A DNA stretch of 64,000 nt from a virus (IMGVR_UViG_3300037454_000603:79646-143645), one strand, 5' to 3'. Positions 1 to 10,146 are shown, counted from the stretch's first letter. Numbers and translations: made by a program. Notes: a model not told the origin generated them from the sequence alone.

Positions 1-838
1 TCTTAATTTTAACCCAAACAAGATTGTTGTTATTAACTTCAGAACCATCTATAACTTCAACTTTAGTCTTATAAGGGAGTGTTCCTTTTAACTCTCCATT
101 TGGAGTTGAACGATAGTTAAGTCCATCTTCATAATTTACATAGAAAGTTGAATAAGTAACTTTCTTTTCTTCTTCTTTGGGCTTAACTTCTTCTTTAGGC
201 TGTGCCGCAGCCTCAAAGTCTTTATAGAAATATGACATATCAATTCCATTTGTAAATCCGTTTACCTTATAAACAGAAGTAAATTGCCAAGCATCGTATG
301 TGTTAATAGAAGGTTTACTCTAAGCAGTACCATCATTTGTTCCATACTTTGCACACCAAATAGAATATTTTTTGATTTTATCAAAATCAATTTTATTATT
401 AAACCAATATTCGCTCATGTAAACACCTGGAACATAGCCAAGTTCTTTAATTCTTTCACAGAAAGCAACTGCAACTTCTGTCCAAGTAGCAGTAGTATTG
501 GCATCTGCACGTCCAGTCTTATTTGGGGCAGTACTTTCTTCTATATCAATATAAATTGGATAAGTAGGTTTAAAATTCTTAATTAAGCCATATGCGTAAT
601 CTGCCTCAGCTATAGCTTCTTCTTTATTCTTGGCCTAAGTAAAGAAATAAAAACCATATGGCTTCTTATTATCTTCCATTCCCTTAACGTGCTTATCAAG
701 CTAAGAGTCTTTACATAACGTGCCCGCGGAGCCATATCCACGATAACCAATTCTTATAATTGCTCCATCAATTTCTTGTGCCGCGGCAGCATAGTTAACA
801 TTGGTTTGAAATTGAGATATATCAATAATCTTCTTCAT
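1..838 (-). CDS. GH25 muramidase endolysin with C-terminal SH3-like region (runs off window edge; TAG=Gln)
   Basis: ATG at 838: MKKIIDISQFQ...IRIGYRGYG...YFFT(TAG)AKN...YIDIE. GH25 catalytic D and DxE are present; in-frame TAGs at 701-703 and 635-637, the latter at the conserved Q of YFFxQA; no TAA/TGA down to position 1. Confidence 0.88.
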
Positions 839-1064
839 TTATTTTTCCTCCTTTCAAATATTTTAAAATTTCGTCAATTTTCTAATCCTATTTAAGAAGA
901 TGCTATTCAATTCGATTTATAACTTCATCCTAAACACGATTAGAATTGTCCATTACTTTTTGTAGGTCACCCTAAGTTACATTCTCTTCATAGTTCATTA
1001 AACCAAAAATAAAAGAAGCAACTGCCAATGAGTTCCAGTAATTTTCATTCTTATTCATACTCAT
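822..1064 (-). CDS. small protein with N-terminal hydrophobic segment and coiled coil, upstream of lysin (possible holin-like; 5 TAG)
   Basis: GGAGG RBS; MSMNKNENYWNSLAVASFIFGLMNY...RIEQHLLKQDQKIDEILKYL when TAG=Q; ends at TGA overlapping the lysin start. Confidence 0.6.
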
Positions 1065-1119
1065 AAAGATACCTCCTATTTTAAAAGTAAGGAATTATAT
1101 CTTTATTTCTAATAATTTA

Positions 1120-1148
1120 ATTATACTACAAATATTCGAAGAAGTCAA
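1120..1148 (-). promoter_or_regulatory. sigma70/SigA-type promoter
   Basis: TTGACT-N17-TATAAT on the minus strand, upstream of the 1064 gene and lysin. Confidence 0.7.
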
Positions 1149-1309
1149 ATATAAAAATAAGAAGCCACCTTCCGATGACTTCTCCTTCTATTGTTTATTG
1201 ATTATACAACAACTGAATAATGCTAGAGGGAATTGCATTATGAGCCAGACAGTTGTTTATAATTTTTCTATAATTAAAGTAAAAAATAAAATAAAAAGTT
1301 CTAAATTTT

Positions 1310-1531
1310 TTAGTCTGAAATATCTTCGTAAATTTCGTTTTTGTATTTATCTTCTTTTATATCGGTTTCAAAATTATTTAAATTATTTTTTAAATAAACT
1401 GCACAACTTATATTTGCTTTTAATTCAGCAGAATGTCCATTAATTTCCATTATGTAACCATTCGGATAATCGTCATGCATTAACTCAATAACTTTTTGAA
1501 CTGCTTCATTGTATTCTTCCCAACTATGCAT
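1310..1531 (-). CDS. hypothetical protein
   Basis: 73 aa ORF, GGAGG RBS, TAA stop. Confidence 0.65.
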   Translation of the reverse strand: MHSWEEYNEAVQKVIELMHDDYPNGYIMEINGHSAELKANISCAVYLKNNLNNFETDIKEDKYKNEIYEDISD

Positions 1532-1532
1532 A

Positions 1533-1829
1533 TTATTCCTCCCACAAATTTTTTATTAATTCAGTTCCGTTAATTTTAAATTCTTTTGGAAAAGAAACTT
1601 TAGTTTGAGTTTCAAAAACAACTTGGTCTGGCGGCACAGTGTAAACCATCAGTCTACATTTTTCAATTAACTCACGCCGCCCTCTGAAATATTCTTTTAA
1701 ATCTGACAAATTTGTAAAAGCCCAAAAGTAGTTTGTTTCTTTAAAATCAGTACTTATACCTCTTGAGTTACCATTTATATCAAAGAATGGCCCTGCACCA
1801 TCTTCTCTCTCAAATCTATATAGTTTCAT
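1533..1829 (-). CDS. hypothetical protein
   Basis: 98 aa ORF, GGAGG RBS, downstream of promoter 1854-1882. Confidence 0.7.
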   Translation of the reverse strand: MKLYRFEREDGAGPFFDINGNSRGISTDFKETNYFWAFTNLSDLKEYFRGRRELIEKCRLMVYTVPPDQVVFETQTKVSFPKEFKINGTELIKNLWEE

Positions 1830-1853
1830 TGGCGCCTCCTTTCATTTATTTAT

Positions 1854-1882
1854 ATTATAATAAAATTCTTTTAAAAAGTCAA
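1854..1882 (-). promoter_or_regulatory. sigma70/SigA-type promoter
   Basis: TTGACT-N17-TATAAT on the minus strand. Confidence 0.7.
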
Positions 1883-1906
1883 ATTACTGTAACTAAACAA
1901 AAAGAA

Positions 1907-1931
1907 AAGCTATGGAATTAAACCATAGCTT
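1907..1931 (-). terminator. rho-independent terminator
   Basis: AAGCTATGG/CCATAGCTT 9-bp stem followed by a T-rich tract on the minus strand. Confidence 0.6.
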
Positions 1932-2100
1932 TATTTAGCATTAATCCGAAGTTGGATATCTATACTTTACAATTGATTCTATCAAGGAAATCGAATGAAT
2001 TAGTTGAAATTATATGAATATTTGGTAGATTAACATATTCAATAACATTTGTTAGATTGAGTTCATTATAGATTTCGTCGTCAAGAATTTGAATAATCAT
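1918..2100 (-). CDS. hypothetical protein (1 TAG)
   Basis: MIIQILDDEIYNELNL...; GGAG RBS; open to TAA with TAG=Q. Confidence 0.45.
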
Positions 2101-2240
2101 TCATGGGTCTCCTTTCTTTTTTTCTTTGAGTTAATTATAAAATAAAAAAGAAAGAAAATCAAGAATTTGGGCTTTAGAGTTAAATTATTGATTTTTAGAA
2201 TATTATAAGATATTTATAAATACATTTTAAATAAATATTT

Positions 2241-5237
2241 TTAATTTTGCTTTACCCACTGCGATATGCTTTGTATAGTCATATCACTAGGTTGAATTGT
2301 AGTGTTAACCGCTAGCGTATTACTGCCATTGACGGTAGGAATACTGACGCTTGTACCGGTCTTTGTAATCTCGTCAGCGTAACTGCCTATTTTCATCAAC
2401 GGTTCATTGATGACTGCAGTTTCAGGTTCTGCGAGAACGTACCAAACAGTTATAGGAGTACCGTTTGCATACTGCTGTGCAAGGTAGGTTTTGAAATCGG
2501 CAACTGTCGATATACCACTTACACAAAATATGATATAGCGATTAAATGTCCTATTAGATGCACCGCCGCCCTTTCTTGCGTTTGCACCTATCTCGCCTGC
2601 GTATAAATCCGTATATGGTACAATTTGCTATGTAGGTGTTGCCCTCATCTTAAAATGATCACTAATATAGTATGGGTATGGTATATCTCTCATGTCAACG
2701 TCATAGTCAATGATATCGGTCATGCCTAAATCGCTGTACAGGCATGCAAAACAGTACGCACCTGATTCAAGAGTAGATTCGGTAACACTCTACACTGTTT
2801 CCTCTCCCGTTAACACCAGCTTTTTTATACGCCTTGTTGATACCACTGACCCCAGATAGATGTTTGTGGTTGCATTGCTGTATGGCTGATATGGGAGAGG
2901 GGTGGAGCCGCGGTTGAGCATGATTTCAGATAAGGTGATTTGATTTCCGCCACCCGAACCATAACCAAGGTACAGATAGTCGTTAGTGCTTGCAACAGTG
3001 AATGTTACCTTAGTCGTTCCAGGTGATGATAGGTTGTTACCGTTGATACTTACCCCTCCGACATTCGCACTCGCCCTAACGTTACCGCTGGTTGTAGCAT
3101 TGACTTTTATTGAAAACGTAAAAGTCTTGCCAATATCCGATGCTGTGAATGGCGTTGGGTGCGTGGTATAGAAGTTATTTACAGTACCTTGAAAAGTGTC
3201 GTCTATTTGCTTATACGCGCTGTATACAGTGTCAGCATCAAACAAATTCCCAGACTGCACATTCACAGGTATCTTGTATCCATACGGCTCATATGGTAAA
3301 GCGGTGCTGCCTGCGTTGAGCATAGTTTCATAGTCTGCTGGCGTATAATCGCTACCATTAGTGCGTAGTCCTATTACCAGTATGCCATTGGCATCAGCCG
3401 TCCTCGTGATAGAGTGATTCGGATACACTCCGTTAGAAGCCGTTGAAAAAGATTCTCCGATATTACCTATGACAATTAATGCGCCGCCATTATACAACGG
3501 ACAGTTACTTGACATGGTGTATGTTGTATTCGGCTCTAATGTTATTTGTTTAGTGATAAAACTTGTTTCCCCTACGGAATAATCACTTACATTAAACGAG
3601 TTCCCTGTTTTTTCACCACATCCACTTGGATTAACGGGTGAACTCGGTGTTGGTGTCGAAGCTTGCACAGTCTGTCCGCTCATGCTCCAGTCCCTCAGAT
3701 TCTCGCCATCGGACTTGAACGTAAATGGCGGAACACCAGAAATATTAGGCGTATATTCATATAAAGAGCAATTTTCCCAAAGTCCTTTTTTAATACTCAT
3801 TGAACTTGGCTGAATTGTTGTATTCACCATTAAAGTGTTACTTCCCTCTACTGTTGAAATATTGACACTTGAATTAGTGAGATTTATTTCGTCTGCGTAT
3901 GAGCCAATTTTCATTAACGGTTCGTTGACGGCCGCGGTTTCGGGTGTTGCTAAGACATACCAAATGGTTACAGGAGTTCCTGCTGCGTATTGATCAGAGA
4001 AATATTGTTTAATTGCAGCGCCAGTCGTATATCTATTGTCAAAGACAAAAACTGATGAATTATTAGGTGATGATATATGATATATATTACCATCAGCGTT
4101 TTGATATGTGTAATTATAGTGGGTACAATATCCAATTGTATAGTCTGCGGTAGTATACAAAGAGCTAATCTGAAAACGTGATAATCCGCTAACTTTTGAA
4201 TATGTTACCGACTCATTTCCCGTCAGCACCAACTTCTTCACGCGCCTAGTCGATGATGACGTACCAAGATAGATGTTTGTGGTCGTGTTGCTGTAGGGTT
4301 GATATGGGAGAACGGTAGAACCTTCAACAAGCCATACCTGAGCCGTACCGTCAAGATACTATTGCGCATTGGTTCGCTCAGTAAAAATACCTATCTTAAC
4401 CACTCCAGTTGAGTCGGTAGTCACAGTTACGGGGTGGTTTGTAAAGACAGTCGAGGACGTTTGCGAGCTGTTGAAATACACAGAACGATATGCATCCGCT
4501 GGAGTTGCTGTTTCGTTGCCCGTACCGTTACTAATCATCGTGTATGCGGTGTTCGGTTTAAGCTGTAATTCAAGAACATGAGGAAAAGAGTAATTTGTTA
4601 TTGTGCCAGCAGGAGCATTTTTTAGGGCATTGAAGTCTAACAAATTTCCAGACTGTACATTCACAACAGGTATCTTATACCCGAATGGCTCATACTGTAA
4701 AGCGGTGTCGCCTACATTGAGCATAATAGTTGATACTATAGTTGTTTTCTTTAGAATTCGTATATATGCAGCGCCGAGAGTTGCACTATTCACAAACTAA
4801 GTATCAGATTTAAGACCATTCTTATCCCACGCACCGTCATTGTAAGTACCCAGATATGTCTTATTTACATCATATCCCACGAACCAAACAGATGTCGAAC
4901 AGGTATATGTTTGCGTTGTTTCGACTGGTATATAGTCGGATAACCGATAGTCGTCAGCAGAAAACGTTGCTCCTGTAGCCCATGTAATACGCTCATTAGT
5001 CACAGTTGCCGCATTAAACAAATTTCCCGTTCTTTCACCAACACCATTTACATCAACAGGTGAACTCGGCGTTGGTGTACTCGCTTGCACAGTCTATCCT
5101 GCTATATTCCAATCCTATAGAACTCCTCCATCTGACTCAAAGCTAAATGGAGGTGTTCCAGAAAGTTCCTTTAAATCATATTTCTTGGGCTAAACTGTCT
5201 ACCAACTAGTCCCATTAAATTTCTTAAATTCTTTCAT
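2241..5237 (-). CDS. tail fibre/receptor-binding protein, 998 aa, made of two tandem ~500-aa units (TAG=Gln)
   Basis: Track ORFs 4797-5090, 4359-4793 and 2790-4241 share one frame and are separated only by TAG. Duplicated scaffold motifs: QTVQASTPTPSSP, YEPxGYKIP, TNIYLG..STRRxKKLVLTG, WYVLAxPET...EPLMKIGSYADEI. Confidence 0.75.
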
Positions 5238-5241
5238 TCTC

Positions 5242-5934
5242 TCACCATCCCACGCCTATCGCTCCATTTGGTATTGTACCTGTGGGTTCTGTACTACTTA
5301 CATATAATCTTCCACCGCCAGTTAGTTCAATATAATTGGTAGCTGAGGAAGCAACACCAGTTAATTTTGTTTCAGAAGTACCAATTGAAGTTTTCTGCGC
5401 CGCGGTCACAAACTTATTAGTATGATCCGTATCATCTACCAAATCGGAAGAAAGCTTATGGGTAGAGTCAATTGCATCTTGCTTTCCATTCCAAGTTTGT
5501 TTTTCAGAAGTGGTAGTAAACTTATTTGTACTAGTCAAATCATTAACCAAATCTGCATCTAACTTATGGTCAGTATCTACTTTATCTTGTTTTGCCGCAT
5601 TAACAACTTTATTCTAAACAGGATTCTCTGATGTTGTAGACATAGCATCGTCTATTTCAACAGTCATTGTACCTAAATATTCCCAGCCATTTGCTGTGTA
5701 AACATATTCAACTTTTTCTTCGTTTTGCAAGCCAACAATATAAACATCGCCCTCATTGGCTGTTGCAGGAAGGTCTTGAACCGTATCAACTGTACCGGCT
5801 ATATGCATTGGGTTTGCAAGTCCTAGATCAGACCAGGACTTGTTACCGCTTAGTTCAACACCATTAATTTTGGGCTTATTTTTGAGTTCAGAATATTCTT
5901 TACTGAACTCCACATCAAAAGGATTAAACCACAT
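5242..5934 (-). CDS. tail fibre/baseplate-associated protein, 230 aa (1 TAG)
   Basis: ORFs 5614-5934 and 5242-5550 join at SENPV(TAG)NKVV, matching the common phage tail motif NPVQNKV; internal repeat HKLxxDLVxD...TNKF. Confidence 0.7.
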
Positions 5935-5945
5935 TAAACCTCACC

Positions 5946-6242
5946 TCAGTAGATAATATAGAACTTCATATCTGAAATGCTTTCGTCGAAAGTTAGAGAA
6001 TGAATTTCTAAGAAGTTTTGAGAATCGAGATAAGGGGAAAAGAATTTGCCAGTTGAAGGAACTTCAAGTGGACTTGAATTTATTTTAAAAGTTGTCCCTG
6101 CCGCCGCCTCAAAAGCAACGAAATCAAGAATAAAACGAGAAGATTGAATTCGATGTTCCTCGTTTAGGATTTTATAGATTTTTGGGACAAGGTCCTCATT
6201 AGCTTCTGCGCTAAGAGTTATTGTTCTATATACAGGAATCAT
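5946..6242 (-). CDS. hypothetical virion-module protein
   Basis: 98 aa ORF, GGAGG RBS, TGA stop. Confidence 0.65.
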   Translation of the reverse strand: MIPVYRTITLSAEANEDLVPKIYKILNEEHRIQSSRFILDFVAFEAAAGTTFKINSSPLEVPSTGKFFSPYLDSQNFLEIHSLTFDESISDMKFYIIY

Positions 6243-6259
6243 AGTATCCCTCCTTTGAG

Positions 6260-8044
6260 TTAAACTGCCGCAGAACGACAGTAGATTTCATTTCCATTAC
6301 CGACCGTTATCGGGTTGGTTTGTGCAAGCCAATCTTCAATGGTTGCATACCAAGTATATGTACGTGTTTCGTCTTGAGAAGTTGATGGAAGAGCTGTGCC
6401 GTCGGCGTAGGTTGCATATTCAACATAGTTATACGACGATGGACTAGGATAATTAGACGCTTTTGTGTATGTGATATAAGTGCCAAGCGGGATGTAAATT
6501 ATGCAGTCTGTAGGGATGCTTGTCCACGCACTGAAGCTTGACACCGTTGGCGGGGTTTCGCCTATAAATCTTATGTAGCCTAGGCCATAGCAGTTCTGGA
6601 ATGCATAATGACCTATGCTTGTAACCTTGCTCGGTATGGTTACAGAGGCTAATGCGGAGCTGTTGGAGAATGCATAATTATCTATGCTTGTGACACTGCT
6701 TGGTATAGTTATAGAGTTTAGCGCAGAGCAGTCCTGGAATGCATTGCCCTCTATCTTTGTAACGGTGCTCGGTATGATTATGGACGTTAGCGCACGGCAT
6801 CCAGAGAATGCAGTACTACCTATGCTTGTAACGTTGCTAGGTATAGTTACAGAGGACAGTGCATAACAGTTCTGGAACGCATAAGCACCAATATCTGTGA
6901 CACTGCTCGGTATGGTTATAGCGTTTAGCGAAAAGCAATTCTGGAACGTGTATGTGCCTATGCTTGTGACCTTGCTAGGTATAGTTATGGAGGTTAGTGC
7001 ATAGCAGCTAGTGAATGTACTCGCACCTATGCTTGTGACTTGGCTAGGTATGGTTACAGAGGCTAGTACATAGCAGCCGCCGAATGCACTAGCGCCTATA
7101 CTGGTGATGCTGCTTGGTATAGTTACAGAGGCTAGTGCAAAGCAATTCTGGAATGTATTAGTATTTAGGCTGGTAACATTATTCGGTATGGTTATGAATT
7201 TTAACGCAGTGCAGCCATAGAATGCATAACTACCTATGCTTGTGACGCTGCTAGGTATGATTACGGACGTTAGCGAATAACAGCTCTGGAATACCTTATT
7301 ATCTATGCTTGTGACATTGCTGCCAATACGCACCTCATGAACTGTTCTCATATAGACAGCGTTTTGGTCGGTGGTTGTTCTGTTTGCTGTTAACAATAGA
7401 GGTCCTTTAGCGCCATTGTGCAAAAAACTCATACTGCCTGTAACCTCTAGTGCAATAACATAATCGCCAGCAGTAGCATACTTGTGAGATTTGAGTACTG
7501 CTGCAGATACCTTAGACCCAGTCATAGTATCATGCTCTGAACCATCACCCCAGTCAACATCGACTGAACCGTTAATACCTAATCCAAGATACGGTTCAAG
7601 CCTACCATCACTAAGAGTGATATAAATCCTAGTCTTGCCGTCTGAGGTATTATACATCTGTCCAATATTAAGTTTACCATAATTAGCCACATAAGCCTTA
7701 GCGTCTGCTAAAGACCAGTTCCAGCCTTGAGCAGTTAAACCTTCGTGGGAAGGATTAGCAGGCATTGCAGATAAGTCGGCAAACTCTGAAGCAGAATAGT
7801 TATAAAGAATTGTGCCGTCATAGTCATAAAAAATAACGTCCATTGCTGAACCAGAAGATGAGCCTGAGACATCTACAGTAATAGTAGAATAGCCATCTGC
7901 GTTTTCTTCTTTAGCAGAATAAGTTCCATTTTCTGTAATTGTTTTATTTATCAACTCTGGGCCGCCACTTTTATCAGAGTAAGTTTTTGAAAAATAAGAC
8001 GGCTCTAGAGTACTATCGAATCCTTGATTTATTAAAGGAAACAT
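6260..8044 (-). CDS. BspA/TpLRR-type leucine-rich-repeat protein, 594 aa
   Basis: 11 tandem 23-aa repeats, consensus LxSxTIPSxVTSIGxxAFxxCxA; N-terminus shared with the two upstream genes; no TAG. Confidence 0.9.
   Translation of the reverse strand: MFPLINQGFDSTLEPSYFSKTYSDKSGGPELINKTITENGTYSAKEENADGYSTITVDVSGSSSGSAMDVIFYDYDGTILYNYSASEFADLSAMPANPSHEGLTAQGWNWSLADAKAYVANYGKLNIGQMYNTSDGKTRIYITLSDGRLEPYLGLGINGSVDVDWGDGSEHDTMTGSKVSAAVLKSHKYATAGDYVIALEVTGSMSFLHNGAKGPLLLTANRTTTDQNAVYMRTVHEVRIGSNVTSIDNKVFQSCYSLTSVIIPSSVTSIGSYAFYGCTALKFITIPNNVTSLNTNTFQNCFALASVTIPSSITSIGASAFGGCYVLASVTIPSQVTSIGASTFTSCYALTSITIPSKVTSIGTYTFQNCFSLNAITIPSSVTDIGAYAFQNCYALSSVTIPSNVTSIGSTAFSGCRALTSIIIPSTVTKIEGNAFQDCSALNSITIPSSVTSIDNYAFSNSSALASVTIPSKVTSIGHYAFQNCYGLGYIRFIGETPPTVSSFSAWTSIPTDCIIYIPLGTYITYTKASNYPSPSSYNYVEYATYADGTALPSTSQDETRTYTWYATIEDWLAQTNPITVGNGNEIYCRSAAV
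6580..7335 (-). repeat. 69-bp coding tandem repeat (LRR units, about 11 copies)
   Basis: periodic acctatgcttgt(g/a)ac...ggtat(a/g)gtta(c/t) on the + strand. Confidence 0.85.
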
Positions 8045-8112
8045 TTTAATTCCTCCTTTATGAATTGTTAAATATAAATTCTAAGGTTTACTGTTTTTGA
8101 TTAATTATGAAA

Positions 8113-8631
8113 CTAATTTATGCAGTATAAAATTATATCAACGCCTTGATCTTGAGCGATTATAAATGTTAAAAACATAGACGGCATATCGCGACCAACA
8201 ATATCAAAACAGTTTGTTTGTAAAACAATTGCATCAGTCAATACTACGTCCGTTCCTGGACCAAGATATCTTATGTCGTCTTTAAATGAATAAACTATAT
8301 TTAAAGGCTGCTCGTAACCATAAAGGTTAACTTCACCGATAATGCTTTTACCAGAATTAAAAGCAGAGGCTATTTCCGCATACGTATGATTAATAGTTGG
8401 GTCACTAGGTTCTGGAACATTAATCACAACTTCATACGTTTCAGGCACTGGTGTCGCTACATTAACTGTAACACTAGAATATCCATCAGCGTTATCGTCC
8501 ACTGCATTATATGTATCATTTTCAGTTATAGTTTTACTAATAAGAGTAGGCTCAGAAATAGTCTGCTTTGTTTCTGTTAAATAAGCAGGTTCAATTGTAC
8601 TGTCCTTGCCTTGATTTATAAAAAGTTCCAT
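8113..8631 (-). CDS. virion-accessory protein with shared N-terminal tag
   Basis: MELFINQGKDSTIEPAYL...LISKTITENDTYNAVDDNADGYSSVTVNV, similar to the N-terminus of the LRR gene. Confidence 0.75.
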   Translation of the reverse strand: MELFINQGKDSTIEPAYLTETKQTISEPTLISKTITENDTYNAVDDNADGYSSVTVNVATPVPETYEVVINVPEPSDPTINHTYAEIASAFNSGKSIIGEVNLYGYEQPLNIVYSFKDDIRYLGPGTDVVLTDAIVLQTNCFDIVGRDMPSMFLTFIIAQDQGVDIILYCIN

Positions 8632-8725
8632 TTTGACCTCCTTTAATATTTAGCCGTCCAGAATGACGGTATTTATGTTGGATGTGCTCTTTTCTTTCTG
8701 ATACTATTTTTGAAAAATACACGTT

Positions 8726-9157
8726 TTATTTTTGATTATTATAAAGTGAAACAAAAAACTCATCAGTAAATGACTCGGGATTATTCCATATCACAAGTAA
8801 ATATACATCAACTACTGTTTCCGATACTTCAGCGGTAATTTTACATTCTACAGCTATATTACCACTGTTGTTGATAAAACCATTTCCAGCAATAACAGAA
8901 GATATTACCATTCCTTCTGGATAAGTAAAATCAAATACGGGAACTAAATTTTTACCGCTATTAAGAGCCGCCATTAATTCAGCGTAGGTTTTTGTTGCAC
9001 TTGTGACCTCGGGCCTTCCCATTTCAGGGAGGTTTATTGTAAATCCAACCTCGAACGTCTCACTAGGCGCAGGGGTTGTACCATTCTTAGAGCCCATTTC
9101 TGCCAAATACCCAGGTTCAACAGTACTATCTTTACCCTAATTTATAAAAAGTTCCAT
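8726..9157 (-). CDS. virion-accessory protein with shared N-terminal tag (143 aa; TAG at codon 7)
   Basis: ATG 9157: MELFIN(TAG)GKDSTVEPGYL, aligning with MELFIN(CAA)GKDSTIEPAYL of the neighbouring gene. Confidence 0.75.
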
Positions 9158-9163
9158 CTTCTC

Positions 9164-9850
9164 TCACCCCAAATTTTTCTTTCCTTTAACTTGTGCCGCG
9201 GTAGCAGCCAAATCCGCAACATTTACCTTTCCGTCTCCATTAACATCTGCTGCTTTCTATTGTTCTTCAGACAAAGGCTTCTTGCCCTTAACGTGTGCGG
9301 CAATCATTGAAACGTCTGTTACATCAACTTTTCCGTCTCCATTAACGTCGCCCTTAACAACACTTTCAGGCTCTTTATTATCTTCTTCGCCAAGAACCTT
9401 TGTTTGGTCTTTAGCTCTTAAAACTCCGAGAACAGGATTACAACCATCGTTAGCCGCGCTACTATTAAAATAATGTTTAACAAGTTGAGTTTTTTCTCTT
9501 TTTCCAAGAGTATTCTATTCCAAAGAAACAAACCAATCAATATTACCTTCACCATTTCCGATAGCAACGTGACCCCAAGTGCCGCCGCCCCAAATTACAA
9601 CGTCTCCTTTTTGAACAACGAGTTCTCTTGTATTTGGAATTCTATCAAAATTTTCAACTAATGCGGGATAGCTATAGAAATTGTTGTAAAGGTCTCTTGC
9701 ACCAGTGCACCAAACGCCAGTAATATCAAACAAATCTTTCCAATACTGGTCAGCAACGTCAACGCACTGATATCCTGCTACACCGTCATAATCAATTCCT
9801 ACGCCCAAATAAGCCTTTTCAAATTCATCGTAGCTATGATATTTACTCAT
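9164..9850 (-). CDS. CHAP-domain peptidoglycan hydrolase with C-terminal dockerin (228 aa; 2 TAG)
   Basis: CHAP motifs YQCVD, WGHVAI and LE(TAG)N = EQN; then GDVNGDGKVDVTDVSMIAAHVKGKK...AADVNGDGKVNVADL, a duplicated Ca-binding dockerin repeat; TGA at 9164. Confidence 0.85.
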
Positions 9851-10109
9851 TCGTCATAACCTCCTTTCCTATTTCATTAAAATATCGTTTTACTTCCTTG
9901 ACATCTTCTTCTTTTTCAATTAAAATTTTAACAAAAGAATTGATTTTAAAAGCTCCAGAAAGAAGGCCTATCATTGACTTTCCATTAATCATTCTCTCGT
10001 CTTCTGTTATTAAATATAAAGAAGAAGAAACTTTATTTAAATTCCAGTTTAATAGTGCCGCGGCACGACCCCATAGATTGGTATTTAACTTGTACTTAAG
10101 AGTATACAT
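9843..10109 (-). CDS. HPr-family (PTS phosphocarrier-like) protein lacking His15
   Basis: 88 aa; NLWGRAAALL corresponds to GLHARPAxxx, and INGKSMIGLLS to the Ser46 motif. Confidence 0.7.
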   Translation of the reverse strand: MYTLKYKLNTNLWGRAAALLNWNLNKVSSSLYLITEDERMINGKSMIGLLSGAFKINSFVKILIEKEEDVKEVKRYFNEIGKEVMTNE

Positions 10110-10146
10110 AATAATTCCTCCTTTAGGTCATAAACAAAGCAAAAAT

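Noticed and set aside
284-586. Antisense track ORFs (284-586, 2986-3171, 9282-9661, 19884-21578 minus, 28222-28854, 43321-45453 minus, 59163-59639 and others)
   Set aside because: They lie opposite well-supported genes, lack RBSs and motifs, and are expected shadows
2241-5237. Diversity-generating retroelement TR/VR pair
   Set aside because: The duplicated units differ at all base types and by indels, not only at adenines, and there is no reverse transcriptase in the window
6580-7335. CRISPR array from the periodic repeats
   Set aside because: The 69-bp period is in-frame coding LRR with no unique spacers; the 14152 repeats also lack spacers; no cas genes are present
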